A stretch of 64,000 nucleotides of DNA, from positions 103,038-167,037 of the forward strand of contig CAZQZT010000002.1 of NCBI GenBank assembly GCA_964597925.1, in the 5' to 3' direction. The stretch comes from an uncultured Candidatus Saccharibacteria bacterium. GTDB lineage: Bacteria > Patescibacteriota > Saccharimonadia > Saccharimonadales > JBBQAJ01. Below the pieces are notes generated by a model, which was not told the origin of the DNA, did not search any database, and was given only the letters and a program-made list of their open reading frames with translations. Positions within the stretch are counted from its first letter, which is position 1. Each line of letters opens with the position of its first letter. The position numbers and the translations under genes are program-made. Of this stretch, positions 27,290-37,808 are shown piece by piece.

Positions 27290-28045
27290 CTAAAGAGTGG
27301 TCAGTATTTCTACACCGTCATTTGTAACTAGAACGGTATGCTCAAAATGCGCAGCCAGCGAACCGTCTTTAGTGCGAATAGTCCAGTTGTCTGGATCTGT
27401 TTGTATCTCAAAACTACCTAAGGTAGCCATTGGTTCTATTGCTAATGTCATGCCGGCAACCAGAGTCTGGCCTGTGCCCTTTTTGCCATAGTTGGGGATA
27501 TTCGGCTCTTCATGCATTTCGTGGCCCACACCATGTCCTACTAGATCACGAATTATCCCGTATGTTCCATGTTTGTTGAGTGATGCCTGTACTGCTGCTG
27601 AAATATCACCTACTCTGGCGCCTGCCGTCACCGCGCTAATACCTGCCATGAGTGAGCGCTCTGTAGCAATCAAAAGGTCTTTGTTTTGGCTTGATGGCTT
27701 TCCAGCAATTACAGAGATTGCAGCGTCTGTAATCATACCTTTGTGAGTCACGCAAAAATCAAGGCTCACTATGTCACCGTCATTAATAATGTGACCGGGT
27801 CTTGGTATGCCATGAACTACTTCATCATTTACAGATATACATATAACGTCCGGAAAGCCGTGATACCCCAATGTGGTGGGCTGTCCGCCAAGTTGTCCGA
27901 TTTTTTGTTTGGCAATCTCTGCCAAATCCTTAGTACTAATACCCGGCTCAACTTGACCAGAAAGATCGCGTAGAACCGTAGCCAGCATGTGCCCACCTTC
28001 ACGCATGGCCGCTATTTCTACAGGAGTTTTAATTTGCGTTTGCAT
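27290..28045 (-). CDS. map: methionine aminopeptidase, type I
   Basis: Pita-bread metal ligands in context (DIVSLDFC, DAAISV, GHGVGHEMHE, LAIEP, FEHTV). Confidence 0.93.
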   Translation of the reverse strand: MQTQIKTPVEIAAMREGGHMLATVLRDLSGQVEPGISTKDLAEIAKQKIGQLGGQPTTLGYHGFPDVICISVNDEVVHGIPRPGHIINDGDIVSLDFCVTHKGMITDAAISVIAGKPSSQNKDLLIATERSLMAGISAVTAGARVGDISAAVQASLNKHGTYGIIRDLVGHGVGHEMHEEPNIPNYGKKGTGQTLVAGMTLAIEPMATLGSFEIQTDPDNWTIRTKDGSLAAHFEHTVLVTNDGVEILTTL

Positions 28046-28620
28046 TAGTTTGCCGCAGCTCTAAGCCAATTCACGATTTCAGCATGTATTTCTTCGACCG
28101 TTCCTTCGGCATTTACTTCTCTGACAGGAACAGCTACATCTATTAAAAAATTAATGATTGGTACGGTATCTTGCTCATATTCGCGAAATCTTTGCTCAAT
28201 GCCATCTTCGTTATCGTCCTGACGGGCACGCTCAAGGAGACGTGCTTTTACGGCTGACTTTGACGCTATAAGATGCACGACTGAGCTTACGTCAAATCTG
28301 CCAGCTTGCGCTAGCAACCACTCTGCTTGAGAGATTCTGCGTGGATAGCCATCTAGAATTATGTTGTTTTGATCCTTTATTTCAGACAATGCACGTTCGA
28401 GCAGTTCAGTTACTTCCCGATCGCCTAGTATTTCGCCCTTGCTCATACGAGTGTGCTGGTCATCAGAACCATATTTACGAAGTAGTTCTCCGGTAGAAAT
28501 AACATTGAAGCCGTCTTTTTTGGCCAATAATCTACTTTGAGTGCCTTTGCCAGAACCAGCTATGCCCATCAAAAGGACCACTGCGTGACCTCGTTTTCCG
28601 TTTTCCAGACGTTTACTCAT
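28045..28620 (-). CDS. adk: adenylate kinase (short, no zinc lid)
   Basis: P-loop GIAGSGKGTQ, then ISTGELLR and DGYPRR. Start at the ATG at 28620, overlapping the upstream stop by 8 nt. Confidence 0.85.
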   Translation of the reverse strand: MSKRLENGKRGHAVVLLMGIAGSGKGTQSRLLAKKDGFNVISTGELLRKYGSDDQHTRMSKGEILGDREVTELLERALSEIKDQNNIILDGYPRRISQAEWLLAQAGRFDVSSVVHLIASKSAVKARLLERARQDDNEDGIEQRFREYEQDTVPIINFLIDVAVPVREVNAEGTVEEIHAEIVNWLRAAAN

Positions 28621-29071
28621 TTGTAAGCTTCTCCTTAACGATTCTGGCAATAACGGCTCCATCCGCACTACCCGCTGTTCGCTGCTTAACCACGCCTATG
28701 ACCTGACCCATGGCCTGCATTCCACTGGCTCCCTGCTCAGCGATTACGTCTGAAACAAGCTGGCTTATATCTGACTCTGCTAACTGAGCTGGTAGATATT
28801 TTTCTATGACTTGTTTTTCAGTCATTTCCGCATCAGCACTTTCTGGTCGACCACCCTGATTGTACATGTCCGCACTTTCTTGACGTTTTTTGGCTTCCTT
28901 GGCAAGAATGTCTATAATTTCGGTGTCTGGTAGGCCGCTAGCGCGAGCACCTTTGGCGACCTCAGCATTTAAGATGGCACTCTTAAGCCCCCGTAGTGTA
29001 GTAACTAGAGTTTTATCACCAGACAGCATGGCTAGCTTGATGTCTTGTTCTATCTGTTCTTTGATACTCAT
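28613..29071 (-). CDS. GatB/YqeY domain protein
   Basis: MSIKEQIEQDIKLAMLSGDKTLVTTLRGLKSAI... matches the YqeY family pattern; 152 aa. Confidence 0.8.
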   Translation of the reverse strand: MSIKEQIEQDIKLAMLSGDKTLVTTLRGLKSAILNAEVAKGARASGLPDTEIIDILAKEAKKRQESADMYNQGGRPESADAEMTEKQVIEKYLPAQLAESDISQLVSDVIAEQGASGMQAMGQVIGVVKQRTAGSADGAVIARIVKEKLTNE

Positions 29072-29141
29072 GTATGAATTTTCCCTAGATTTCTCCCAGA
29101 TTGTACCAGAGATGACCTTACATGCCCAGAAATTTTCTGAA

Positions 29142-29375
29142 TTAGCGTTCTTTTTGAGGTGGAGCTTGGCCTAGTTTGATCTTTTTCATTTTGATTGCTT
29201 TGCGTTCGCTGCGAATTATAGCTTTTTGGCGACGGTCGCGTTTACTGAGTGGTTTTTCGAAAAATTCCGCTTGTTTTGCCGCGGTTACTACACCCGCCTG
29301 CTGGACCTTACGGGTAAAGCGTCGGATTAAATTTTCTACTGACTCTTTGGAATCTTTACGTGTAACTTGTATCAT
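29142..29375 (-). CDS. rpsU: 30S ribosomal protein S21
   Basis: ESVENLIRRFTRKVQQAGVVTAAKQAEFFEKPLSKRDRRQKA is S21-like. The start is either the ATG at 29375 or at 29396. Confidence 0.8.
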   Translation of the reverse strand: MIQVTRKDSKESVENLIRRFTRKVQQAGVVTAAKQAEFFEKPLSKRDRRQKAIIRSERKAIKMKKIKLGQAPPQKER

Positions 29376-29418
29376 AACTTGAATTTGAGTATACATTAAC
29401 AGAGACAGCTTTACAAGC

Positions 29419-29712
29419 CTATGGAGTAGTTTGCTGCTTTTTTTGACTCATTCGTTGTGACTTCAACACTATACTCTGTAATTCTTTGAAGATAGCAAAC
29501 TGTTTGTTGGTGTGGTAAATCTTGGTATTCCCTTGTCTTTCAGAAATAAGGAATCCAATTTTTTCTAGACGCTTTAGTTCGCGCTGAATGTTGCCAGCAT
29601 CTTCTTTAATGAGCTTAGCTAAGCCGCGTACGTGAGTTTTAAAATCAGGGTACTTTGCATATACCACAATGATTTTGCGCCTGACTCGAGAGGTTATAAA
29701 TACGTCCAACAT
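29419..29712 (-). CDS. small winged-helix (ArsR/TrmB-like) transcriptional regulator
   Basis: 97 aa. HTH-wing pattern VRGLAKLIKEDAGNIQRELKRLEKIGFLISERQGNTKIY. Confidence 0.55.
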   Translation of the reverse strand: MLDVFITSRVRRKIIVVYAKYPDFKTHVRGLAKLIKEDAGNIQRELKRLEKIGFLISERQGNTKIYHTNKQFAIFKELQSIVLKSQRMSQKKQQTTP

Positions 29713-29886
29713 AAGCTCTTATTGTTACTCCTACAACGTAAAGTATAGGCAAGGTTGGTTAACAATTCAATACATTTTTTATAAAAAGCTATACTTCATC
29801 TGTTGAAGATAAAATATATGCAGAACTCTAAAGAGTGAGCCTCTACAGAAATAGCCCTATGGGCGTGAAGCTATATAATAAGCCCT

Positions 29887-31818
29887 ATGTACTACAGAGT
29901 CTTGGTAGCAAGCCAGCGTTTTAGGGGCAAAGAAAGTTTGACGTATTCATCTGGAGAGACACTTAGTATTGGCCAGATAGTTTCTGTACCATTGCAGCGA
30001 AACATTGTACTGGGTATAGTTGAAAATATAGCCGACAAGCCCAGTTTTGCCACAAAAGTAATCGCTGGACACTGGGAAGTGTTTATCCCGGGAAAATCTT
30101 TAGAGCTACTCTCGTGGCTAAGCAAATATTACCCCGGCCCACTTGGAGTAATTACGGAACTATTTACTCCGCCAGCACTGCCAAAAAAATTACCGGATAC
30201 GCTCAACGAACAGATAGCAGAGCAGCCTGGCGTAAAATCTCCAAGCTTAACCTCAGAGCAGTCAAAAGTGCTGGATTTAATACAAAAAAAACAGCCACGA
30301 AGCGTTTTGCTACATGGCAATACTGGAACCGGCAAAACAAGACTATATGTAGAGTTAGCAAAAGAAGCTTTACGAAAAGGCACGTCAGTAGTTGTGTTGA
30401 CGCCCGAGATTGGCCTGACGAGACCATTGTTAGAAACATTCAAAAAAGCTCTTGGGTCACGCGTAGTGGTAACTCACTCTGATATGACACCAGCTCAGCG
30501 CCGAACTGTTTGGCTGAAAGCCAGTACATCTGAAACAGGACTGGTAGTTATTGGACCTCGTTCTGCACTTTTCTCTCCTCTAAAGAAAATTGGGCTAATC
30601 GTGCTGGATGAGGCTCACGATGGAGCATACAAACAAGAACAGGCTCCGTATTATCAGGCAAGCCGTGTTGCCGGTCATTTGGCCCATGCGCATGGTGCAT
30701 TACTCGTCATGGGCAGTGCTACACCATTAGTATCCGATTATTTTACTTTTATACAGAAGAATTTACCGGTGCTAAGGATGGTACAACCTGCACTGGAAAT
30801 ACGTGAGCCCACGTCAGTAAATGTGGTTGATCATAAAAACAAAGACTTGTTTAGCCGCTCGGCATGGTTGGCAAACACGTTGCTGGACAGCATAGGCGAG
30901 GCTCTCAAGAACGGAGAGCAATCGCTCCTATTTCTTAATCGCCGTGGTAGCGCGCGACTTATACTGTGCAGTAATTGTGGCTGGCAAGCACTCTGCCCAC
31001 ACTGCGATGTAGCACTTACTTATCACCACGATACGTACCAAATGCGCTGTCATAGCTGTGATTTTATAGACCACGTCCCCACCAATTGCCCAACCTGTAA
31101 TGGCAGTGAACTTGTATTTCGCACTATTGGCACTAAGGCACTTGAAATCGAGATTGGCAGGCTGTTTCCAGGTGCTCGGGTAGGCCGGTTTGACAGAGAT
31201 ACAGAAAAAACTCAGCGTCTGAGTCAACAACACGACGCCCTGCAAAGTGGCAAAATAGACATAATGATAGGAACGCAGAGCATTGCCAAGGGCTTTGATC
31301 TACCAAAACTAAGCGTTGTGGGCATAGTACAAGCCGACAGCGGACTGCAAATCCCTGACTATACTGCTAACGAACGTACTTATCAGCTGATTAGCCAAGT
31401 TAGTGGGCGCATTGGCAGAGGTCATCGTGCGGGCAGACTATACGTACAAACATATGAACCCGAAAGTCTATTAATTACTCTGGCACTTCAAAAAAATTAT
31501 GCAGGCTTTTACGAGCAAGAGCTGGAGCAAAGAAAACTCTACAATTTCCCGCCGTTTGTATACTTGCTCAAGATTACCTTTTCCCGAGCAAGCAGTAAAA
31601 GTGCCCTTGGCGCTTGTCAGCAACTGGCAAATAGCCTAAAGAAGCTGGGTAGTGGCGTTGAGATAGACGGACCGTCGCCGAGGTTTATAGAAAAAATTGC
31701 TGGCCGTTATGCATGGCACCTAGTGGTGAAATCGAAGCGTCGTCAAAACTTACTAAAGATTATTGATTCACTGCCCTCCAATTGTACGTATGATATAGAC
31801 CCGAGCGACTTACTGTAA
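29887..31818 (+). CDS. priA: primosomal protein N' (replication restart helicase PriA)
   Basis: Walker A LLHGNTGTGKT; DEAH-like LDEAHD; Cys-rich zinc region CSNCGWQALCPHCDVALTYH...CHSCDF...CPTCNG. Confidence 0.92.
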   Translation: MYYRVLVASQRFRGKESLTYSSGETLSIGQIVSVPLQRNIVLGIVENIADKPSFATKVIAGHWEVFIPGKSLELLSWLSKYYPGPLGVITELFTPPALPKKLPDTLNEQIAEQPGVKSPSLTSEQSKVLDLIQKKQPRSVLLHGNTGTGKTRLYVELAKEALRKGTSVVVLTPEIGLTRPLLETFKKALGSRVVVTHSDMTPAQRRTVWLKASTSETGLVVIGPRSALFSPLKKIGLIVLDEAHDGAYKQEQAPYYQASRVAGHLAHAHGALLVMGSATPLVSDYFTFIQKNLPVLRMVQPALEIREPTSVNVVDHKNKDLFSRSAWLANTLLDSIGEALKNGEQSLLFLNRRGSARLILCSNCGWQALCPHCDVALTYHHDTYQMRCHSCDFIDHVPTNCPTCNGSELVFRTIGTKALEIEIGRLFPGARVGRFDRDTEKTQRLSQQHDALQSGKIDIMIGTQSIAKGFDLPKLSVVGIVQADSGLQIPDYTANERTYQLISQVSGRIGRGHRAGRLYVQTYEPESLLITLALQKNYAGFYEQELEQRKLYNFPPFVYLLKITFSRASSKSALGACQQLANSLKKLGSGVEIDGPSPRFIEKIAGRYAWHLVVKSKRRQNLLKIIDSLPSNCTYDIDPSDLL

Positions 31819-31851
31819 TTAACCGGTCTACATAAGGTATACTACTCTGTA

Positions 31852-32430
31852 ATGAAAACTCCAAAAGACAACATAATCCACTTGCCTAATAAGCAATTGC
31901 GTACACGCTCTAAGCGCGTGGGACTGATAGACAAAAGTATTCAGCAAATAATTGACAGCATGTCTACTGCTATGTTGGACTGGGAAGATAGTCGGGAGCA
32001 CGAAGTTGGGGTGGCATTAGCAGCAATTCAGATAAATGAACCCCTGAGAATTGTCGTAATACGTAATGATTTTGACAACAAAAATGATCGAACATTTAAA
32101 GTGTTCATAAACCCTGAAGTTACTAAATTTGAGGGAGAACTGATAGAAGACTTTGAGGGCTGCTTGAGTATAAAGGATGTATACGGAAAGGTTTCCCGTT
32201 TTGAAAGAGTTAAAGTTAAAGCACTGGACCACACCGGAAAGCCGATTCGTGTAACTGCCGATGGATTTTTGGCCCGTATATTTCAGCACGAAATCGACCA
32301 CACCAACGGCAAGGTATTCATAGATCATATACGCGATAAACCCGAAGCATTTTATAGACTGGAAGAAGATGGGAAACTAAGAGAACTTGATTACGAGAAA
32401 GATATCCGTGGAAATAATAGTCTTTGGTAG
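31852..32430 (+). CDS. def: peptide deformylase
   Basis: GVALAAIQI, EGCLS and QHEIDH motifs. Confidence 0.93.
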   Translation: MKTPKDNIIHLPNKQLRTRSKRVGLIDKSIQQIIDSMSTAMLDWEDSREHEVGVALAAIQINEPLRIVVIRNDFDNKNDRTFKVFINPEVTKFEGELIEDFEGCLSIKDVYGKVSRFERVKVKALDHTGKPIRVTADGFLARIFQHEIDHTNGKVFIDHIRDKPEAFYRLEEDGKLRELDYEKDIRGNNSLW

Positions 32431-33301
32431 CGGTCCTGTGGCCGCAAAATCCCTTGAGTTACTGGCTAGGAATTTTAAAATTGAAGCCGTAGTCACCAAG
32501 CCGAAGCCAACTTATCACAGAGGCAGTTTCCCTGTTTTAGACACTGCCAAGGCACTAAAACTACCGACTCATACCGTAAGTAACAAAGCTGAGCTCTCTA
32601 AACTATTAGGCACTAAGCCGTTTCATAGCAAACTTGGTGTGCTAATAGACTTTGGAATTATCGTTACTCAGGACGTGATAGATTATTTTGGCTTGGGTAT
32701 AATCAACAGTCACTTTTCTTTACTGCCCGAGTGGCGTGGAGCAGACCCAATCACATTCGCAATTTTAAGCGGACAAGCAAAAACCGGAGTTAGTTTGATG
32801 CTAATAGACGCTGGCATGGATACCGGCAAGATACTGACTCAGAAGAGTTTGCCAATTAGTCCATTAGCTACAACTGAAACGCTTACTCAAGAACTAATAA
32901 GCCTAAGCGATAGTCTGTTAATTAAATATCTGCCGAAATACGTGGACGGGTCTCTGCAGCCACGCCAACAGCCACACCCAGACCGAGCTACGTATTCACG
33001 CAAACTTACTAAGTCAGATGGCACAATTGACTGGAACAAACCTGCACAGCAGATAGAGCGAGAAATTCGTAGCTACGTATCATGGCCCAAAAGTACTACT
33101 ACTTTGGCTGGTAAAGAAGTAATAATTACAGAAGCTCGTTTAGTTGAGGGCGAAAGCCAACCAGGAAAGGTTGAGCTTCGAGATAAAAACTTAGTTGTCT
33201 ATACTGCCGCCAAGGCTCTGTGCATTGAAAAACTTAAACCCTCAGGTAAGGCCGAGATGAGCGCTCAAGCTTTTTTAGCTGGCTATGGTAATTTACTGTA
33301 A
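32408..33301 (+). CDS. fmt: methionyl-tRNA formyltransferase
   Basis: IINSHFSLLPEWRGADPI catalytic region; follows def. I prefer the GTG at 32408 (MEIIVFGSG...) over the TTG at 32387 used by the track. Either way it overlaps the def end. Confidence 0.88.
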   Translation: MEIIVFGSGPVAAKSLELLARNFKIEAVVTKPKPTYHRGSFPVLDTAKALKLPTHTVSNKAELSKLLGTKPFHSKLGVLIDFGIIVTQDVIDYFGLGIINSHFSLLPEWRGADPITFAILSGQAKTGVSLMLIDAGMDTGKILTQKSLPISPLATTETLTQELISLSDSLLIKYLPKYVDGSLQPRQQPHPDRATYSRKLTKSDGTIDWNKPAQQIEREIRSYVSWPKSTTTLAGKEVIITEARLVEGESQPGKVELRDKNLVVYTAAKALCIEKLKPSGKAEMSAQAFLAGYGNLL

Positions 33302-33311
33302 TAATTGATGT

Positions 33312-33647
33312 CTATTGCTCTGGAACTACTGGTGGCTGGGATGCGGCTGCAACAATCTGAGGCGCCGACTGCTTGATTTCTAATTTTAATTTCTCTAGCT
33401 CTTCGGCTACAACCTTTTTATAGTCGGGAAAGTTGGTTTCTAGCCATTTGAGTGCTCCGGCTTCGTCGTTTTTATCTATAAAACTTTCGAATTCATCTAG
33501 TTGTTCATTGGTCATTTGTTCCGCAAGTTTCATGCCAACTCGCATTTCTAGCGTTTCGTAGATATGAGCCAGCATTTTATTTTTTTCTTCAGCAGGCAAA
33601 TTTCCTAAACCAAGTTCTCCTAATAGGGTGTTGTCTAGTTTGAACAT
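33312..33647 (-). CDS. small helical protein, conserved hypothetical (DUF5663-like by recollection)
   Basis: MFKLDNTLLGELGLGNLPAEEKNKMLAHIYETLEMRVG... No TM. Last gene of the rpsA-infB string. Confidence 0.5.
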   Translation of the reverse strand: MFKLDNTLLGELGLGNLPAEEKNKMLAHIYETLEMRVGMKLAEQMTNEQLDEFESFIDKNDEAGALKWLETNFPDYKKVVAEELEKLKLEIKQSAPQIVAAASQPPVVPEQ

Positions 33648-33711
33648 GTTTTATATTTTATCAAAGACCTGCCGTTACCGCTAGAGGAGATCTTGTTACG
33701 TCCCTAGGTTT

Positions 33712-33939
33712 TTATCCAATAAAGGGGCCTGTTGCGCAGCCCACGATAATGCCCACTAAAGCACCTAGCCTTATAGCTCTACGATATTTACGCTTCTTAT
33801 ACAATCTAGCTGCTGACAAATTAGCAGTATTGGTAGGTCCTGCGTTTGCCACTTTAGTGTCGGAATAATTTGCGAGTATTTCACCGACTGGGATCATGCG
33901 ACTTACGGATGGTTCTGGGATGTTTGGAATTTCATCCAT
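33712..33939 (-). CDS. small C-terminally anchored membrane protein
   Basis: 75 aa. Basic stretch KKRKYRRAIR followed by the TM LGALVGIIVGCATGPFIG. 23 nt downstream of infB. Confidence 0.45.
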   Translation of the reverse strand: MDEIPNIPEPSVSRMIPVGEILANYSDTKVANAGPTNTANLSAARLYKKRKYRRAIRLGALVGIIVGCATGPFIG

Positions 33940-33962
33940 GGATAAGCTTAACTATAGTGGCC

Positions 33963-35720
33963 TTAGAGCGTTCTAGCAACTGTCTCTCGAGTAAAGAATT
34001 CTAGATGGTCGCCTTCTAAAATTTCTAGCTTGCTAGTGGTAGAAAGGCTTACGCCACACATGTCGCCTTCGAATACCTCTTTGGTTTCTTGGGGACCACG
34101 CTTAAGTAGTGTGGCTTCAACTTCCGCTAAGGTTTTTTTGTCTCTAACGAGACGTACTAATGCTGGAACCGTTAGTTTACCCTTAGTAACTTCGCCACCA
34201 CAGATAATTTCTTTTTTGGAGGTTTTAAAAACACCCTTTACCACTAAGCGCCCGAGGTCCGTTTCTACTATTTCTGGCGGTAATAGTAACTGTAGTTCTG
34301 CTTTGGTGTCGTCAATGAGTTCGTAGATTACTTTGTAGAGACGTATAGGCACCTTGTCTCTGGAAGCAAGTTGTTTGATGTTGGTAGGCATTTGTACATG
34401 GAAGCCATAGAGAATAGCCCCCGTAGTTGCGGCTAGATGAACGTCGTTTTCGTTAATATTACCAACTCCTGAACCAACCACACGAATGGCAACTTCTTCT
34501 GTATCTAAAGCCTTGAGGCTGTCAATCACTGAGGTGAGCGAACCTTGGACGTCGGCTTTGACAATGATATTTAGTTCGTTGACTTCGTTGCTACGGTTGA
34601 TCATACGTATGAGTTCACCGCTGTTTATGTCCATCCTGCCGCCACTTTTTTGATCTGTAGCTGACTGGCTAGCTTTGGCACGAGCCGTTTTTTCATCTAC
34701 TACCGCAACGAAAGTATCTCCAAATTCTGGAAGCGACTTAAAGCCAGTCATAACAACAGGAGTAGATGGACCGGCCTGCTTGAGCACTTCACCACTGGTA
34801 GATTCTAGATTTCGTATGCGAGCATAGCTACTACCCGCTACAACAAACTGGCCTGGTTTGAGCGTACCAGCCTCTACAAGCGCTTCTGCGACTGAACCTC
34901 GCCCTTGTTCCATGTGAGCCTCAATAATCAAACCTTGGGCGGGTACGTCCGTGTCAGCACGTAAATCTTCTACATCAGCCACTAGCAGAATCATATCTAG
35001 TAGGTGCTGTACACCGTCTCCTGTTTTGGCAGAGACAGGAGCAACTACGATATCACCACCCCATTCTTCAATAAGCAAGTCTTGTTCTGAGAGCTGTTGT
35101 TTTATACGATTTACGTCTGCGCCTTCTTTGTCCATCTTATTTATGGCAACAATGATTTTGACGCCAGCTTTGCGGGCAAAGCGAATGGCTTCTACTGTTT
35201 GCGGTTTTATACCGTCATCGGCGGCGACAACTATGATTACAACATCTGTGAGAGCAGCGCCGTGCTCACGCAAGGCGGCGAAGGCTTCATGGCCGGGAGT
35301 GTCTAGGAAGGTGATTTGTCTATCAGCGTGTTTTATCTGATAGGCAGATATGTGCTGGGTGATACCGCCCGCTTCTGATTTGACCACCGTGGCGCCACGG
35401 ATATTGTCTAGCAAACTGGTTTTGCCGTGGTCTACGTGACCCATAACAGCTACCACTGGTGGGCGCTGACCAGCCGATTTGCTAGCTGTGGGCTTTTCGC
35501 GCACGGTCTCTGTTTTACTGGCATCTTTTTTGGCAAGCTCTATGTCTAGGTCCAGTTCTCCAACAATAATCTGGGCTGTGTCGTAATCTATTCGCTCGTT
35601 TACGGTTGCCATAACACCATTTTTCATAAGCTCGGTTATGAGCTTGGTCACGGGTATACTTAACTGCTCCGCCAGATCACCCACTGTGATCATATTATCT
35701 ATTTCTATGGTGGTTGGCAT
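33963..35720 (-). CDS. infB: translation initiation factor IF-2 (short form)
   Basis: G-domain [39 protein letters not shown] upstream of the ATG at 35720. Confidence 0.94.
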   Translation of the reverse strand: MPTTIEIDNMITVGDLAEQLSIPVTKLITELMKNGVMATVNERIDYDTAQIIVGELDLDIELAKKDASKTETVREKPTASKSAGQRPPVVAVMGHVDHGKTSLLDNIRGATVVKSEAGGITQHISAYQIKHADRQITFLDTPGHEAFAALREHGAALTDVVIIVVAADDGIKPQTVEAIRFARKAGVKIIVAINKMDKEGADVNRIKQQLSEQDLLIEEWGGDIVVAPVSAKTGDGVQHLLDMILLVADVEDLRADTDVPAQGLIIEAHMEQGRGSVAEALVEAGTLKPGQFVVAGSSYARIRNLESTSGEVLKQAGPSTPVVMTGFKSLPEFGDTFVAVVDEKTARAKASQSATDQKSGGRMDINSGELIRMINRSNEVNELNIIVKADVQGSLTSVIDSLKALDTEEVAIRVVGSGVGNINENDVHLAATTGAILYGFHVQMPTNIKQLASRDKVPIRLYKVIYELIDDTKAELQLLLPPEIVETDLGRLVVKGVFKTSKKEIICGGEVTKGKLTVPALVRLVRDKKTLAEVEATLLKRGPQETKEVFEGDMCGVSLSTTSKLEILEGDHLEFFTRETVARTL

Positions 35721-35764
35721 ATGATCACTCCTTCCTGGCTGGTAAGCCGTTAAAACTTACACAA

Positions 35765-36841
35765 TTACTTAGCGTCTTTGAGGCTAAGGGCAATCTTTCT
35801 GCCTTCAGTATCAATGTCTAATACTTTAAACTTCTTGGTTTCGTTGAGTTGAAAGATTTTTTCTGGATCTATGCCTTCTTCGTCACTCATCTCGGATACG
35901 TGTACTAGCGCTTCGACGGCGGAACTCAGTTGTACGAACGCGCCAAATGGCGTAATTCGCGTGACTTTGCCTTCTACGACAGCGCCCTTTTTGAAGGCTT
36001 TTACTTCTTGTAGCCATGGGTCTTCTTGCATCTGTTTTAGGCTGAGTGACAATCGATCTTTGTCTATGGCAATGATTTTGGCTTGAACTGTTTGACCAAT
36101 TTTTACGTAGTCATGAGGATCTTCAACTCGTTCCCAGGAAATTTCTGAAATATGTATGAGACCCTCTATACCGTCGACATTTACGAAGGCGCCGAAATCA
36201 ATCACACCCGTAACTACTCCTCCGACGGTGTCACCAATTTTAAGCTCAGAGAAACGAGCTTGCATGTCGTCTTTTACAGCTTCTTTTTCTGAGAATATAA
36301 GTTTGTTGTCTTTGCGGCTGATGTCTAGAATGCGAGCTCTGATGGGTTTGTTGGCAAGTTGATTTAGCTTTTGTAGAATTTCGTCTTTATCTGCACCAGA
36401 AACTCTAGGGTAGTGCCCTGCGGCGAGCTGTGACACTGGCAGAAAGCCACGAATACCTTCTAGCTCTACTAGTAATCCGCCACGGTTGGCGTCGTATGGT
36501 GAGATTTCGATGATTTCCTGATTGTCGAACAAAGTCTGGAGTTCATCCCAGCCCCTGTCTTTGGCGGCTCTACGCATGCTTAGGAGCGCGTAGCCTTCGT
36601 CCATTTCTGGGTCTACTACACTAGTCAGGATTTCCTGTCCTGGCTCTAACTTTTGACCGTGACCTATTTCTCGGCGCATAACTACACCTACACCGTTAGC
36701 TCCAAGGTCTATCCAGACCTCGTGCTTGTGTACGCTAGAGACAACGCCCTCCACGACGTCACCGGTTTTGAGCTGGATAATATCGCTGGACGCTAGCAAT
36801 TCGTCCATAGTTATATCTGGCGATGTGCTTGTTTTTGACAT
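35765..36841 (-). CDS. rpsA: 30S ribosomal protein S1 (four S1 domains)
   Basis: Repeated S1 OB-fold motifs (G.VV.G.V..V....V.VDLG..G..H.SE). Start at the ATG at 36841 with SD AAGGAGG 10 nt upstream. Confidence 0.88.
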   Translation of the reverse strand: MSKTSTSPDITMDELLASSDIIQLKTGDVVEGVVSSVHKHEVWIDLGANGVGVVMRREIGHGQKLEPGQEILTSVVDPEMDEGYALLSMRRAAKDRGWDELQTLFDNQEIIEISPYDANRGGLLVELEGIRGFLPVSQLAAGHYPRVSGADKDEILQKLNQLANKPIRARILDISRKDNKLIFSEKEAVKDDMQARFSELKIGDTVGGVVTGVIDFGAFVNVDGIEGLIHISEISWERVEDPHDYVKIGQTVQAKIIAIDKDRLSLSLKQMQEDPWLQEVKAFKKGAVVEGKVTRITPFGAFVQLSSAVEALVHVSEMSDEEGIDPEKIFQLNETKKFKVLDIDTEGRKIALSLKDAK

Positions 36842-36989
36842 GATATACATGCCTCCTTGTTGTCTGCGGTGCACCGTAGCGCATAACTCCGATCAGATTT
36901 CATGAATAATTATATCTGTTAGAGCAGAGATTGTAAAGGGTTGAGCGATTGGTTTTTGAGTTTGAACTTTTTACTTTATACTTATTTAT

Positions 36990-37808
36990 ATGTTTGCAGC
37001 TGTTGATATTGGGGGTACAAAGACGCTAGTGGCGGTGTTTGACGCACACGGCAAAATAGTAGAGCAAATAAGATTCCCTACTCCAAAAGATTACAAAGAA
37101 TTCAAGATGGAACTGGCAAAAGTTGTTGATAAATTATCAACACAAGGGTTTAAGTACGGATGTGTCGGCATACGTGGAAATATTGATAGAGCAAAAGGCT
37201 TATCATTATATGACGATATTCTTATTTGGGGTGAGGTGAAGATACGCGATGATTGTGTAAAGATTTTTGGATGCCCATTTTTGCTAGAAAACGATAGTAA
37301 GTTAGCGGGGCTGTCAGAAGCAGTACTCATGAAGGCTGAGTTTAGTAAAGTGTTGTATTTGACCATCAGTACGGGCATAGGCTCTGCTTTTGTGCTCAAT
37401 GGTAAGCTTGATCAGAACACAATAGATTCGGAAGTAGGTAAAAGTCTGTTTGAACATGAAGGCTTAATTGAACAATGGGAAGATTTTGCCTCTGGTAAAG
37501 CCATAGTAGCTAAATATCATAAGCGCGCAAGTGATATTGAAGACCCCATAGTGTGGGAGGCTATATCTAAAAATATAGCCTTGGGTCTGGTTAATGTAAT
37601 TGCTGCTTTTACTCCCCAGATAGTAGTGTTTGGTGGTGGAGTTGGCACACACTTTTCCAAGTTTAAGCAACCCCTTAAGCAAGCGCTTATCACACTAAAG
37701 CCTCGGGAAATATCTTTGCCTGCGCTACGAAGAGCACAGCGTCCAGAAGAAGCTGTTCTTTATGGCTGCTATGAACTAGTGAGGCAACATGAAAAGTCAG
37801 CTTCTTAG
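36990..37808 (+). CDS. ROK-family sugar kinase-like protein (glucokinase-like)
   Basis: N-terminal ATPase motif AAVDIGGTKTLVAVFD, then ENDSKLAGLSE and ISTGIGSAF. The ROK Cys motif is not evident. Confidence 0.6.
   Translation: MFAAVDIGGTKTLVAVFDAHGKIVEQIRFPTPKDYKEFKMELAKVVDKLSTQGFKYGCVGIRGNIDRAKGLSLYDDILIWGEVKIRDDCVKIFGCPFLLENDSKLAGLSEAVLMKAEFSKVLYLTISTGIGSAFVLNGKLDQNTIDSEVGKSLFEHEGLIEQWEDFASGKAIVAKYHKRASDIEDPIVWEAISKNIALGLVNVIAAFTPQIVVFGGGVGTHFSKFKQPLKQALITLKPREISLPALRRAQRPEEAVLYGCYELVRQHEKSAS

Noticed and set aside
29851-29889. Leaderless priA mRNA (TATAAT at 29874-29879, 7 nt before the ATG)
   Set aside because: There is no acceptable -35 or extended -10, and AT-rich spacers generate TATAAT by chance. 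It cannot be supported without 5'-end data.
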